A DNA stretch of 64,000 nucleotides from Eledone cirrhosa. Lineage: Eukaryota. The stretch lies in the NCBI GenBank assembly GCA_964016885.1, contig OZ024743.1:200880001-200944000 (forward strand), written 5' to 3'. Made by a program: the position numbers and the translations under genes. This document shows, in pieces, positions 52,512 through 64,000 of this stretch (its first letter is position 1; each line of letters begins with the position of its first letter). The notes below the pieces were generated by a model. It did no database searches and was not told the DNA's origin. It saw only the letters and a list, made by a program, of their open reading frames with translations.

Positions 52512-53505
52512 TGATATAAAAGTCACAAATGCATTTATGATGGAATAGTTTTTGATGAATATAGTCAATTCAAAATAAACAGTTTAGTATCATAGAATTA
52601 TGGGACAGTTTCAAGTAGTTTGGTATCAAAAGGGTTATGGTTGTTCACACATATTTTCTTGACTTATGCATTTAATCCTTAATATTTATATCCATATTCA
52701 TATTTTTAACTGTTGGTCAATTAATGATAAACATTGATTGTCAGCTAAATTATTTAATAAAAAAAAAAAAATGTACTGAAGTGAAAATCAAACCAAACCA
52801 AAACAGAGTGATTTTTACTATTTTTATTTTTTTTGGCAATATTAGGACAACATGACTTTCCCCAAATATAACAATATCTATTTCAACACCTGATTTCATA
52901 TCAAAAACCTTGCAAAACAAATTCATTGCTGGCACTTAATCGTATTTTTGCTGTATTTCTAATGAAATATAGTCTATTTCAATAGAAGAATTTGGAGAGA
53001 TATACTAAAATGATCAATTATTTCATTACAAAGGGTGGTATTTTAGCCGATCATTAGTGTGCTAGACAAAATGTTTCAGAGTCTTTGGCTGCAGCTCTCT
53101 ACATTCTGAGATCAAATCAAACCAAAGTCAACTTTGCCTTTCAACCTTCCAAAATTGATAAAATAAAATACCAGTCAAGTACTGGGGTCAATTTAATTGG
53201 CTTTCTCCTCCTACTATATTATTGATCTTGTTCTTTAAAGTAGAGATCATAAAATATTTCATTACTAAGACATGATGCTTATATGAAATTATGTTGGTGA
53301 TGTGGTTTTATAGAAACCAGAGTCAGTTTTGACCGGCCATATCTGGTCAGAATTCTTTCACCACTTTCTGTTCAAACTGGCTGTAACTGGCCATTCATAC
53401 TTATGTTAAGGTATTGTTCTCAAAATAAATAATATCAAAATCTCATAGATTCGATATTATGTGAGATAATTATGTGAGGTAAAATCTTTACCATGAAAAT
53501 ATAAT

Positions 53506-53721
53506 GGTTTCTTATTTAGGCACAAGGCCAGCAATTTGGGGGGAGGGGAAAAGTCGATGAAATAGACCCCAGTGCATGACTGGTACTTTATTTTATTGAC
53601 CCCGTAAGGATGAAAGGCAAAGTTAACCTCGGCGGGATTTGAACTCAGGTCATAAAGGGCCGTAACTCTATGCAGCAAAGCATGGCGTCCGACCTTCTAC
53701 CGATACTGCCAATCCACTGCC
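53506..53721 (-). mobile_element. SINE family A nested in a piggyBac-type MITE, 20-bp TSD
   Basis: CTTTACCATGAAAATATAAT at 53486-53505 and 53722-53741. Confidence 0.9.
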
Positions 53722-53799
53722 CTTTACCATGAAAATATAATAGTAATACAGAGTAATGTAAATACTAAAGGGTAAAAAGAGTTAAACCTTGTTGAGTGT

Positions 53800-53969
53800 T
53801 GCATATGGTATAGTGCATGTGTTGCATGTGGTATAGTGCATGTGTTGCATGTGGTATAGTGCATGTGTTGCATGTGGTATAGTGCATGTGTTGAATGTTG
53901 TATAGTGCATGTGTTGCATGTGGTATAGTGCACGTGTTGCATATGGTATAGTGCATGTGTTGCATGTGG
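53800..53969. repeat. 23-bp minisatellite running into the assembly gap
   Basis: Tandem CATGTGGTATAGTGCATGTGTTG units. Confidence 0.95.
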
Positions 53970-54169
53970 NNNNNNNNNNNNNNNNNNNNNNNNNNNNNNN
54001 NNNNNNNNNNNNNNNNNNNNNNNNNNNNNNNNNNNNNNNNNNNNNNNNNNNNNNNNNNNNNNNNNNNNNNNNNNNNNNNNNNNNNNNNNNNNNNNNNNNN
54101 NNNNNNNNNNNNNNNNNNNNNNNNNNNNNNNNNNNNNNNNNNNNNNNNNNNNNNNNNNNNNNNNNNNNN
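53970..54169. other. Assembly gap (200 N)
   Basis: Run of N. Confidence 1.
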
Positions 54170-54745
54170 GTTGCTATTGTGATTGGCAGTGGTGGTGATG
54201 GTGGTGGTGATGGCAGAGGTGACAGTGTTGCTATTGCTATTGTTACTGGCAGAGGCATTGTTGTTGGAGATGTTATAATGATAGTAGTGGTGTTGGTAAT
54301 GGTAATGGTAATGGTGGTGGTGGTGGTAGCGGTGGTGGTACTGGCAGTGGTAGTCCCACTTTTAGTAATGGCAGTGTTGATGATGAATGTGATATCAGGT
54401 GAAGGTATTAACAAATAACTGAAGATCATAGATATTTTGGTGAAAAGTGTGTCATGGAATTACCCAGGCTAAGTAAGAGGGTTACCAGGAGCGGGGTTGG
54501 TAGTGTTGGTGGCAGGAATGGTGATGATAATGATGATGATGCTGCTGACAGTGATTATGATGATCAACATCATCATAGCCCCTACCAATCCACCACCTCT
54601 CTTCCACTTTTCCAAGCACATACTTATGTCCATGATACAAAAGGTTTTAGTTGTTAAACTACACCACAGTCCACCTAGTCGTAGATAGGGACTATGTAGA
54701 ATAGAGGTGGCCATAGGAGATACAGACCACACTTGGGAGTTGCAT

Positions 54746-54782
<37 letters not shown>

Positions 54783-54850
54783 ATATATTATATATATATA
54801 TATATAAATATTATGTATATATATATATAAATATTATATATATATATATA

Positions 54851-55200
54851 CTGTATGATGCGTGTATCCGAACAGCGATGTTGCATGGTAGTGAGACCTG
54901 GGCGCTGAAGGTGGAAGACTTACGTAGATTAGAGAGAAACGAAGCCTGCATGCTCCGATGGATGTGTAACAGTAATATACGCGAATGACAAAGCATAAAT
55001 GAATTGAGAGAGAGACTGAGCATAAGAGGAATCAAATGCTGTGTGCAGGAGAGGCGGTTGGGCTGGTATGGACATGTGATGCGTATGAAGGATGACAGCT
55101 GCATAAAAAGGTGCAGAGCACTAGAAGTCGATGGAAACCGCGGAGTGGGGAGACCCAAGATGACCGGGGGATGAGGTGATAAAAGCCGACCTTACCCAAT
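54851..55200 (+). pseudogene. RTE-clade LINE 3' fragment
   Basis: LYDACIRTAMLHGSETWALKVEDLRRLERNEACMLRWMC...ERRLGWYGHVMRMKDDSCIKRC...GRPK, with an internal stop. Confidence 0.9.
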
Positions 55201-55599
55201 TACACCTCTCAAAGGCAATGACACACGACCGTGACCTCTGGTATCACGCAGTAATAGAGAGTACCCATCCTCCCATGGGTACAAGCTGAAGCATATAGAC
55301 AATATGCTCCCCCCCCCCACTGCAAGGTGGTCGTGGAGGTGCCACGGCAAAAAAGCACCCAGCCAACACTGTAAAGTGGACGTGTAGGCGCCACGAAAAA
55401 GCACCCAGCACTCACTGTAAATTAGGTTGGTGTTAGGAAGGGCATCCAGCTATAGAAATCAAGCCAAATCAGTTCCTGTATGAGCAAGGCATGGTCAGCC
55501 GACCAGAAACTGCCCACAACAGGGACAACCCGTCTAACCCATGCTAGCGTGAAAGAACGAACAAAAAAACGTGATGATGATGATGATGATGATACATAA

Positions 55600-55655
<56 letters not shown>

Positions 55656-55732
55656 TTATATATATATATATATATATATAAATATTATACGATATTAAAC
55701 AAATGGAAACTATATTTATAAAACCATATTTA

Positions 55733-55794
55733 TTTCATTATACATATTTCAGGGATACCATATTAAAAATATGGCATGCCTTCTTCAGATAAAA
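55733..55794 (-). ncRNA. Type I hammerhead motif (left arm of an inverted pLTR)
   Basis: Minus strand: TTTTAT-CTGAAGA-AGGcATGCCATATT-TTT-AATATGGTATcCCT-GAAA-TATGTA-TA-ATGAAA. Confidence 0.8.
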
Positions 55795-55910
55795 TACAAT
55801 ATATAAGCAGTTTTATAAATAAATTTGACGTACCATAAATATTGATCAACTTCCATGTGCGAAGTTGGTTTGGTAGTCAAATTTATTTATAAAACTGCTT
55901 ATATATTGTA

Positions 55911-55972
55911 TTTTATCTGAAGAAGGCATTCCATATTTTTAATATGGTAACCCTGAAATATGTATAATGAAA
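55911..55972 (+). ncRNA. Type I hammerhead motif (right arm)
   Basis: Same motif with two stem II changes. Arms are about 55686-55829 and 55876-56019. Confidence 0.78.
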
Positions 55973-56109
55973 TAAATATGGTTTCATAAATATAATTTCC
56001 ATTTGTTTAATATCGTATATCTACTCCAAAACTTGTTGAGTGCTTTATATCAGTTATAAAATATTTACTTGTTGTAATCCAACAATTTTAAATAAAACTT
56101 TTGCATATA

Positions 56110-56140
<31 letters not shown>

Positions 56141-57101
56141 AATATTATGTATATATATATATATAAATATTATATATATATATATATAAATATTATATAT
56201 ATATATATAAATATTTTATATATAACATGTCTATTGAGCACTCTTATTCGATATGTGTATTTCCACATTTTCCCGAATATTTTTTGCGGATGTAGAGGTT
56301 ATCTCCCTTGCTGAATTACATGTGCGTTCCTTCAGCCTGGGTTATGCCTTTTCATTCTTTCGGACAAAGGCTCGTTGAGGAAGTAAATTTTCCCGTCCGC
56401 TGGCTTCTAGAAGTCTCATATATTTTTATGTGAGCTGATAGAGGGCAGTTTAAGGATTTACAGAAACCCAAGAAGCTAGATTTACCATCTTTCTAGCGGG
56501 TCCGGGTATGCTTTTTACATTCATTTGATTTATTGATTTTTTGATATTTTTTTCTGAATGTCCCGAATCTTCCAGATCGCAATCTTTCGGTCGTACGGTT
56601 GATTATAGACTTGTTCTATGTGTGACGGTATTTTAACGATAGTTATAGCTCTGATTTATCTGAATTATTGAGCCCTCTGCCGCTCATATCGAATTTTGTT
56701 TATCGTGAACTCGTGCGCCGATTTTTCGATACTCGATTATTCTACTATATATATATATATATATAAATATTATATATATATATATATATTATATATATAT
56801 ATATATAAATATTATATATATATATATATATAAATATTATGTATATATATATATATAAAAACAAAAGAACACACAGTCAACGCTGTAATGTGGTCGTGTA
56901 AGGAACACAGTAAAAAGCTCCCAGTCCACACTGTAAATCTGGTTGGTGTTAGGAAGGGCATCCAGCTGTAGAAAACCTGCCAAATAGTCCCTATACGAGT
57001 GAGACACGGTCACCCGACCAATCTTGCCTCAAATGGGACAATTCTCGTCCAATCCATGCTAGCGTGGAAGATAGACATTAAACGATGATGATGAGGCACA
57101 T

Positions 57102-57541
57102 GGAGGCACATGGCTTAGTGGTTAGAGCATTGGGCTTGCAATCGAAAGGTTGTGAGTTCAATTCTCAGACCGGGTGATGTGTTGTTTCCTTGAGCAAGAC
57201 ACTTTATTTCGCATTGCTCCCGTTTACTCAGCTGTAGAAATGAGATGATAGGGACTGGGGTCCATATCATTCCACTGCAAAGTGGTCGTGGAGGTGCCAC
57301 GGCAAAAAAGCACCCAGCCCACACTGTAAAGTGGACGTGGAGGTGCCACAGCAAAAAAAAAAGCACCCAGCCCTCACTATAAATGAGGTTGGTGTTAGGA
57401 AGGGCATCCAGCTGTAGAAATCAAGCCAGAATCAGTTCCCATATGAGCAAGACAAGGTCAGCCAACCGGACACTGCCCACAACAGGACAACCCGTCTAAC
57501 CCATGCTAGCAGGGAAGAACGGACTTAAAATGATGATGATG

Positions 57542-57546
<5 letters not shown>
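57102..57546 (+). mobile_element. SINE family B, full length
   Basis: As 44123-44583. Preceded by a truncated related copy at about 56880-57093. Confidence 0.88.
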
Positions 57547-57573
<27 letters not shown>

Positions 57574-58004
57574 CCTCCACACATCACTGGTGATACATAT
57601 ATATATAGTGATACATACATATAGTGTTTGAGGAGCAAGAGTAGATTACTTTGTTGGGAAGCCTTGACGTAGAGGTTGTGTTATTGCGTTGGGGGAAATT
57701 TGGTGATGATTAATATTGGGAAATTGATGACGATGATTGTGATGATGACAATGTTTATGAAGATTATGACAGTGATATACAAGGATGATGATGATCATGA
57801 TGATGAGGAGGAGGAGGAGGGGGGTGGGGATGGGAATGTTATGTGCAATGCCTGTATATATGAGTGATAGATATAGATTAAATGTGTGAATAACATGTGT
57901 ATGATTGTGTATATATATATATATATGTGTGTGTGGATGTTAGTTTGTGTGTGTCTGTGTTCCTATGTTTGTATGTGTTTGTGTGTATGTGTATATATCT
58001 GTAA

Positions 58005-58777
58005 AATACACCAGGGTGGGTACAACAGGTGTAACAGTCTCCAGGGTACATCAGAGTGGCTACACCCAGTGCATGTGTATGTAAGGTTGGTTACAACAGG
58101 TATAACATTCCGTAAGGTAGATCAGGGTGGTTATGACAGGTGTAACATTCTGTAGGGTACATCAGGGTAGTTATGACAGGTGTAATAGCTGCAGCATACA
58201 CCAGAGTGGCTATAGTAGGCGTAACATTCTGTAGAGTACATCAGGGTGGTTATGACAGGTGTAACAGTCTGTAGAGTACATCAGGGTGGTTATGACAGGT
58301 GTAACAGTCTGTAGAGTACATCAAGGTGGTTATGACAGGTGTCACAGTCTGTAGAGTACATCAGGGTGGTTATGACAGGTGTAATAGTCTGTAAGGAACA
58401 TCAGGGTGGTTATGACAGGTGTAATAGTCTGTAAGGTACATCAGGGTGGTTATGACAGGTGTAACAGTCTGTAGAGTACATCAGGGTGGTTATGACAGGT
58501 GTAACAGTCTGTAGAGTACATCAGGGTGGTTATGACAGGTGTAACAGTCTGTAGAGTACATCAAGGTGGTTATGACAGGTGTAACAGTCTGTAGAGTACA
58601 TCAGGGTGGTTATGACAGGTGTAATAGTCTGTAGAGTACATCAGGGTGGTTATGACAGGTGTAACAGTCTGTAGAGTACATCAGGGTGGTTATGACAGGT
58701 GTAACAGTCTGTAGAGTACACCAGGGTGGTTATGACAGGTGTAACAGTCTGTAGAGTACATCAGGGTGGTTATGACA
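58005..58777. repeat. 40-bp minisatellite
   Basis: Tandem TCAGGGTGGTTATGACAGGTGTAACAGTCTGTAGAGTACA units, more diverged at the left end. Confidence 0.97.
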
Positions 58778-58813
58778 TTTTAGAAAGAGAGGCTACCTTG
58801 CCCATAATATGTA

Positions 58814-59850
<1,037 letters not shown>

Positions 59851-60207
59851 AGTCCCTTTAGATTGTCTTCCTTAACAATATCTTCTCCACACTACCAACC
59901 CCTATTATTACCCCCCCCCCCCCTTCTTTGTTCCTTACTTCTCTGAAGGGACACGGTAGCGGTGGCGGTGGTGATGGTCTTGGTATGGCGGTTAACACCC
60001 TCCCCCACCAATGGGTGCTGAATGTGCCTGTACATGTATGTGAATGTGTGAGTGTATGAGTGTGTATGTGTATGCATGTGTGTGTCTGAGAGTTGTAGGA
60101 GTGTATGTATAAGTTTGCCTTCATGATCATCATCATTGTGTGTGTTATATACGTAGATAGATAGATCGATAGATAGATAGATTGATACATTGATAGATAG
60201 ATAGATA

Positions 60208-63200
60208 AATTTCTATTTATTTGCCACGAGGGCACAAAAGAAGGGGACATTTACACAGTGGGGGAGTTTACATAAATCGAGTAAAGAAAAAAGGAATAAC
60301 AATAATAATATAACAATAAAAAGTCCTCAAAAGGGAGGGGGCGTGTTGGGGATTGCACATACCCCCGAAAAGTGTGCAACTCTTTTCGCGGGGGAAGCCC
60401 AGAGAGGAGGCGCTCCCCCTTTCCTCTTCACTTCTTCACCTACAGAACAATGTAGAGAGAAGGCCCATTTACACGGGCCATTCTCGCTTCTTTCACCCAC
60501 CTTTCATAAAACTGTCTGGGACCAAGCACTTCTCTCTCCATCCTGATTCTTCTTCCGAAGTGGTATCGGAAGAAGTAAACCAGGTGATGGCCGGAGAGAA
60601 AGTCACCCGACCTCAGACCTTTCAGGCGCGTCCACCACACAACCTCTTTCATCATGGCTATTACGCACAGAAAGACCGCCTCTGCTTCATTTCTGAAGGG
60701 AGGAGGCGGCTTGATGTTCACCACAGACTCGGCGGTTAATCGAATCGGCGCCACACGCGACAGCAGTCGTTCGACGTAGCCCCACAGATCGGCAACGCCC
60801 GGGCAGTGTACCAGTGCATGCGCAACGGTTTCCTCGTCGCGCACGCATCTGGGACAGATCTTTTTCGCGGGATCCCTGCCCGGGCGCCCGTGTCTGTAGA
60901 GCTTTTCTCGAACGGGCAGAGCCCCCCGGTAACACTGCCAGGCTAGGGACCTCTGGAAGTTGTCCATGGGTCCCGGGCCGAAAGTTCTACCGAACAGGCT
61001 GGCCAGTTCGTCCTCCTCCATGCCTAGCGACTCTCCAAGGGTGTCGTCGCCCCTGCTAGCCACCAACCCTCTATAGAATGTTGAGGTGGATTCTCCACTG
61101 ACAGTCGGGTCCGCTTGCCAGATAGCCGTGAGCGCCTGGGCACACTCAGTGTGCCAGTTGCCCAGTTTTCTCGGTCTTTGCTTCACCCAGGATTGCAGTT
61201 CGGTGAGCGAGACGAGCTGTGGGAAGGCTCGCCTCACAAACGGGGCCCACACCGGCTGACCGTTGAGGAATACCTGTAGATGCCGTAGCCTCAATGCGTG
61301 CCTACGCATCAACAGCCACGGCATACCCAGCCCTCCTTTCGAAGGGTGCTGGCAGCAGATGGATCTCCTCACCATGGGAGGCCGCTTCTTCCAGAGGAAC
61401 TGGAAGAGCATGCGTTCCATGATGGTGAGCTTTTCCTTGGGGCAAGGCACGACGGTCAGGCGGTAGTAGATGACGGACGCTATGTAAGCGTTCGTCACCT
61501 CCGCCCGACCTTTCAGTGATAGTTTGCACTTGGCCCACTTCTGGGTCAGCGCAAACACCCTGCTCGTCACCTCGCCCCAATTCTTCTCCACCTGGAGGTC
61601 CGGTCCGAACCAGACCCCGAGCAGCTTCACCGGGCCCTCCGTCCACCGCCCGACGACACCGTCTAACGGCATCGGTTTGCCCCTCCACGTTCCGAGTTGC
61701 AAACCGACTGACTTGTCCTGGTTCAGCTTAGCCCCCGTCAGCCTTTCGTATTCCTCCAGTAGGGTGGCGATCGCCCCGATTTCCGAGGCGTCCGCCACCA
61801 TTACTGTTACGTCGTCGGCATAGGCCGAGACCGCTTTGTGCAATCCCGGTTCCAGGGGTATGCCCCGCAGCAACTCCAACTTCCGCAGCAGTGGCTCGAG
61901 AGTCAATACGTACAGAAGGGAGGAGAGGGGGCACCCCTGTCTGATGGATCGGGTGATTTGAAACGGCTCCGAGAGGTAGCCGTTTACTTTAATCCTAGAG
62001 TAGATGTTGCCACTGTGCATGGCAGAAATCCAGCCCCTGAAAACGGGTCCGAAGCCCGCCGCCGCTAGCACCGCATCCAGGTAACCATGGTCGACCCTAT
62101 CGAACGCCTTAGATTGATCCAAGTTGATCAGGGCCCCACCAAGGCCGGGTTCGTAGCCAACCCTCTCTATGATGTATCGCATGAGGTGGAGGTTGTCGTG
62201 AATGGACCTGGACGGGATAGCGCATGTCTGCGCGTCTCCCACCAAACCACCCACCACAAGCGCCAACCTCTTCGCCAACACCTTGGCCAAAATCTGTAAC
62301 TCTGCATTCAGCAGAGTTATGGGCCTAAAGTTACTTAAGTCGTCCCCCTTGCTCTCGTCCTTCCTCACTAGCGTGACCACGCCCTTGGTCACAGAACAGG
62401 GAATTCTCCCGTTCTGTTGCCAGTTGCAATAGACAGCCTCGAGGAGTTCGGAGAACAAGACCGGCATAGCTAAATAAAGTTCGTATGGTAGACCATCGAG
62501 ACCCGGGGATTTGCGTCTGCTGCATTGGCTGAGCGCTTCCCCGATTTCAGTGGCTGTGATTGGCCCTTCGCAGCACTCCGCTTCGCCGCTCGAAAGACGC
62601 GGTAGACCGTCGAGGTATGGACCGAAGTCCACATCCCCGTCCGGCCCCCCGCCACCTCCGAACAGTCGAGCAAAGTGCCTTTGAAAGGTCTCGCACATTC
62701 GCTCAGGTTCAAGGATCACCCGTCCATCCTGGTCTCGCAAAGACCGAATGGTGGATTTAATCCCACTCTTGGCTTCTGTCACGCGGGCCCAGCTAACAGC
62801 TTTGGTCCCCTCGTTTCCTAAAGCACGTATTTTACTTCGGACAACGCAGCCTTCGTGCTTCGTGTCAAAGAACTGGCTCAATGCCGTTCTCGTCGCTAAC
62901 ACTCTGGCTACGTCTCCGCTCCTAATCGCCTCTTCTAGTTTATCTGTTAACTCCCTTTCCCTCCTATTTCTATTCGCCGCTAGTTCCTTACTGTAACCTA
63001 TCGAACTTACTCTAATCTCTCTCTTTAGAGATATCCACCACCTACTGTTGACGATCGCTCCCGTCAACCGCATCTTAACTAAGCTACTAATCCGGTTTCT
63101 GTAATCTTTCTTTGTCGGTAAGGACAAGTTCATCTTCCAGTAACCGGGACCCTGTCTATGCGTTCTATCAAGGTTGACCACGCAGGTCACTAATTTGTGA

Positions 63201-64000
63201 TCTGAATAGCCAACCATGATCAGTTCTGGACAACTAAATACGTCCCTATCCTTACTCCTAACCAAAAACCTATCTAGGTACGATCTAGATTGTCCACTGC
63301 GGTTTGCCCAGGTCCAGGTTGGCGCAGTTGGACAATCTAGTCGAAATCTATCGACCAGGTCGAATCGATCGAGTAACCCCTTGAGGCTGCTACACCCCCC
63401 TCTATCGGGACATGCCCCTGCATAGTCCCAACGCGCATCTAGGATTCCATTCCAGTCCCCCACTAAAAGCAGGGAACGCGACGTTCCTAGAAAAGTCTCC
63501 AGACGTTGGAAGAAGTCGGCTCTCTCCGCCCCGAAGGGAGCATAAAGACCGACCAGTCTGAAAGCCCCGCCTTCACCACCTCCGACGTCCAGCACCAGTA
63601 ATCGACCCCCCGGGTCCGAGTGAACAATCTGTACGTCGAGAGTTAGACGTTTATCCAGCAGTACGGCAACTCCCCCCCCGCCTCCGGGTTGACAGAGAGA
63701 TGCGTGCATCTCAAAGTCATCGAAGGCGGGCGCCAGCTGTCTCACGCTGCTGATCCGACTCTCGCAAACAACCATCACATCTATACTTTGTGACCTGAGG
63801 TCACTTAGAAGCTTTGCTTGCTTCCAAGCTGAGCTCAGGCCACGCGCGTTCAAACAGCCAACTCTCAATTGATCTATTTTGGTGTTGAAAGTGAAGAAAG
63901 AAAAGCACTTACCTCTCCGGGTTGCGTAATTTCCATGGCATCAGGTGTGTTGGGTGGAGGGATGTTTGGTGGTGGTGTGGGGGTACACGTGTGTGGTGGG
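60208..64000 (-). mobile_element. Tx1/L1-clade non-LTR retrotransposon (5' part extends beyond the window)
   Basis: GC-rich block containing ORF2 and a 3' UTR of about 230 bp with AATAAA, running into (TATC)n. Confidence 0.9.
60440..63868 (-). CDS. LINE ORF2: APE endonuclease, reverse transcriptase and C-terminal zinc finger (Tx1-like)
   Basis: Uninterrupted 1142 aa. APE motifs GCLNARGL, YAP, GDWN, SYLDRF, SDH. RT motifs KSPGLDG, FRPITLLN, DQSKAFDRVDH, RQGCPLS, YADD. Zinc finger CPRC-x-ETVAHALVHC. Start codon uncertain (TTG). Confidence 0.95.
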   Translation of the reverse strand: MRVGCLNARGLSSAWKQAKLLSDLRSQSIDVMVVCESRISSVRQLAPAFDDFEMHASLCQPGGGGGVAVLLDKRLTLDVQIVHSDPGGRLLVLDVGGGEGGAFRLVGLYAPFGAERADFFQRLETFLGTSRSLLLVGDWNGILDARWDYAGACPDRGGCSSLKGLLDRFDLVDRFRLDCPTAPTWTWANRSGQSRSYLDRFLVRSKDRDVFSCPELIMVGYSDHKLVTCVVNLDRTHRQGPGYWKMNLSLPTKKDYRNRISSLVKMRLTGAIVNSRWWISLKREIRVSSIGYSKELAANRNRRERELTDKLEEAIRSGDVARVLATRTALSQFFDTKHEGCVVRSKIRALGNEGTKAVSWARVTEAKSGIKSTIRSLRDQDGRVILEPERMCETFQRHFARLFGGGGGPDGDVDFGPYLDGLPRLSSGEAECCEGPITATEIGEALSQCSRRKSPGLDGLPYELYLAMPVLFSELLEAVYCNWQQNGRIPCSVTKGVVTLVRKDESKGDDLSNFRPITLLNAELQILAKVLAKRLALVVGGLVGDAQTCAIPSRSIHDNLHLMRYIIERVGYEPGLGGALINLDQSKAFDRVDHGYLDAVLAAAGFGPVFRGWISAMHSGNIYSRIKVNGYLSEPFQITRSIRQGCPLSSLLYVLTLEPLLRKLELLRGIPLEPGLHKAVSAYADDVTVMVADASEIGAIATLLEEYERLTGAKLNQDKSVGLQLGTWRGKPMPLDGVVGRWTEGPVKLLGVWFGPDLQVEKNWGEVTSRVFALTQKWAKCKLSLKGRAEVTNAYIASVIYYRLTVVPCPKEKLTIMERMLFQFLWKKRPPMVRRSICCQHPSKGGLGMPWLLMRRHALRLRHLQVFLNGQPVWAPFVRRAFPQLVSLTELQSWVKQRPRKLGNWHTECAQALTAIWQADPTVSGESTSTFYRGLVASRGDDTLGESLGMEEDELASLFGRTFGPGPMDNFQRSLAWQCYRGALPVREKLYRHGRPGRDPAKKICPRCVRDEETVAHALVHCPGVADLWGYVERLLSRVAPIRLTAESVVNIKPPPPFRNEAEAVFLCVIAMMKEVVWWTRLKGLRSGDFLSGHHLVYFFRYHFGRRIRMEREVLGPRQFYERWVKEARMARVNGPSLYIVL

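Noticed and set aside
53782-54429. ORFs spanning the N gap
   Set aside because: Artefacts of the gap and flanking repeats.
56325-56385. Possible heavily decayed minus-strand hammerhead in a TA-flanked island (56226-56747)
   Set aside because: A stem II-like GCCTTT/AAAGGC is present, but both core halves and the UH site differ; too degenerate to call.
58005-58777. CRISPR-like regular repeats (also 598-2760, 35940-36435, 43255-43780)
   Set aside because: Head-to-tail units without unique spacers, no cas genes, eukaryotic context.
60343-63425. Short plus-strand and alternate-frame ORFs over the LINE
   Set aside because: Expected by chance in GC-rich coding sequence; no motifs.

Overview
Repeat-dominated, AT-rich eukaryotic DNA. 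The SINE types and microsatellite load suggest an octopus/cephalopod genome (inference). I found no host gene; nearly all listed ORFs are microsatellite artefacts. The one real long ORF is an apparently intact Tx1/L1-type LINE ORF2 (APE-RT-zinc finger, 60440-63868, minus strand). Other content: three tRNA-head SINE families, RTE and R4/Dong LINE fragments, a non-autonomous Helitron, piggyBac- and hAT-type MITEs, several minisatellites and a 200-N gap. The main unexplained structure is a set of short (about 0.1-1.3 kb) non-coding islands embedded in (TA)n tracts, often in tandem and/or inverted arrangement. Many carry a type I hammerhead ribozyme motif: 13 with an intact CUGANGA/GAAA/UH core and about 11 decayed, from several sequence-unrelated families. 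This fits Penelope-like pseudo-LTRs or non-LTR retrozymes. Recurrent variants include a U-U pair at the base of stem II, palindromic dimer-type stem III and a very long stem II. All folds and counts were made by eye.
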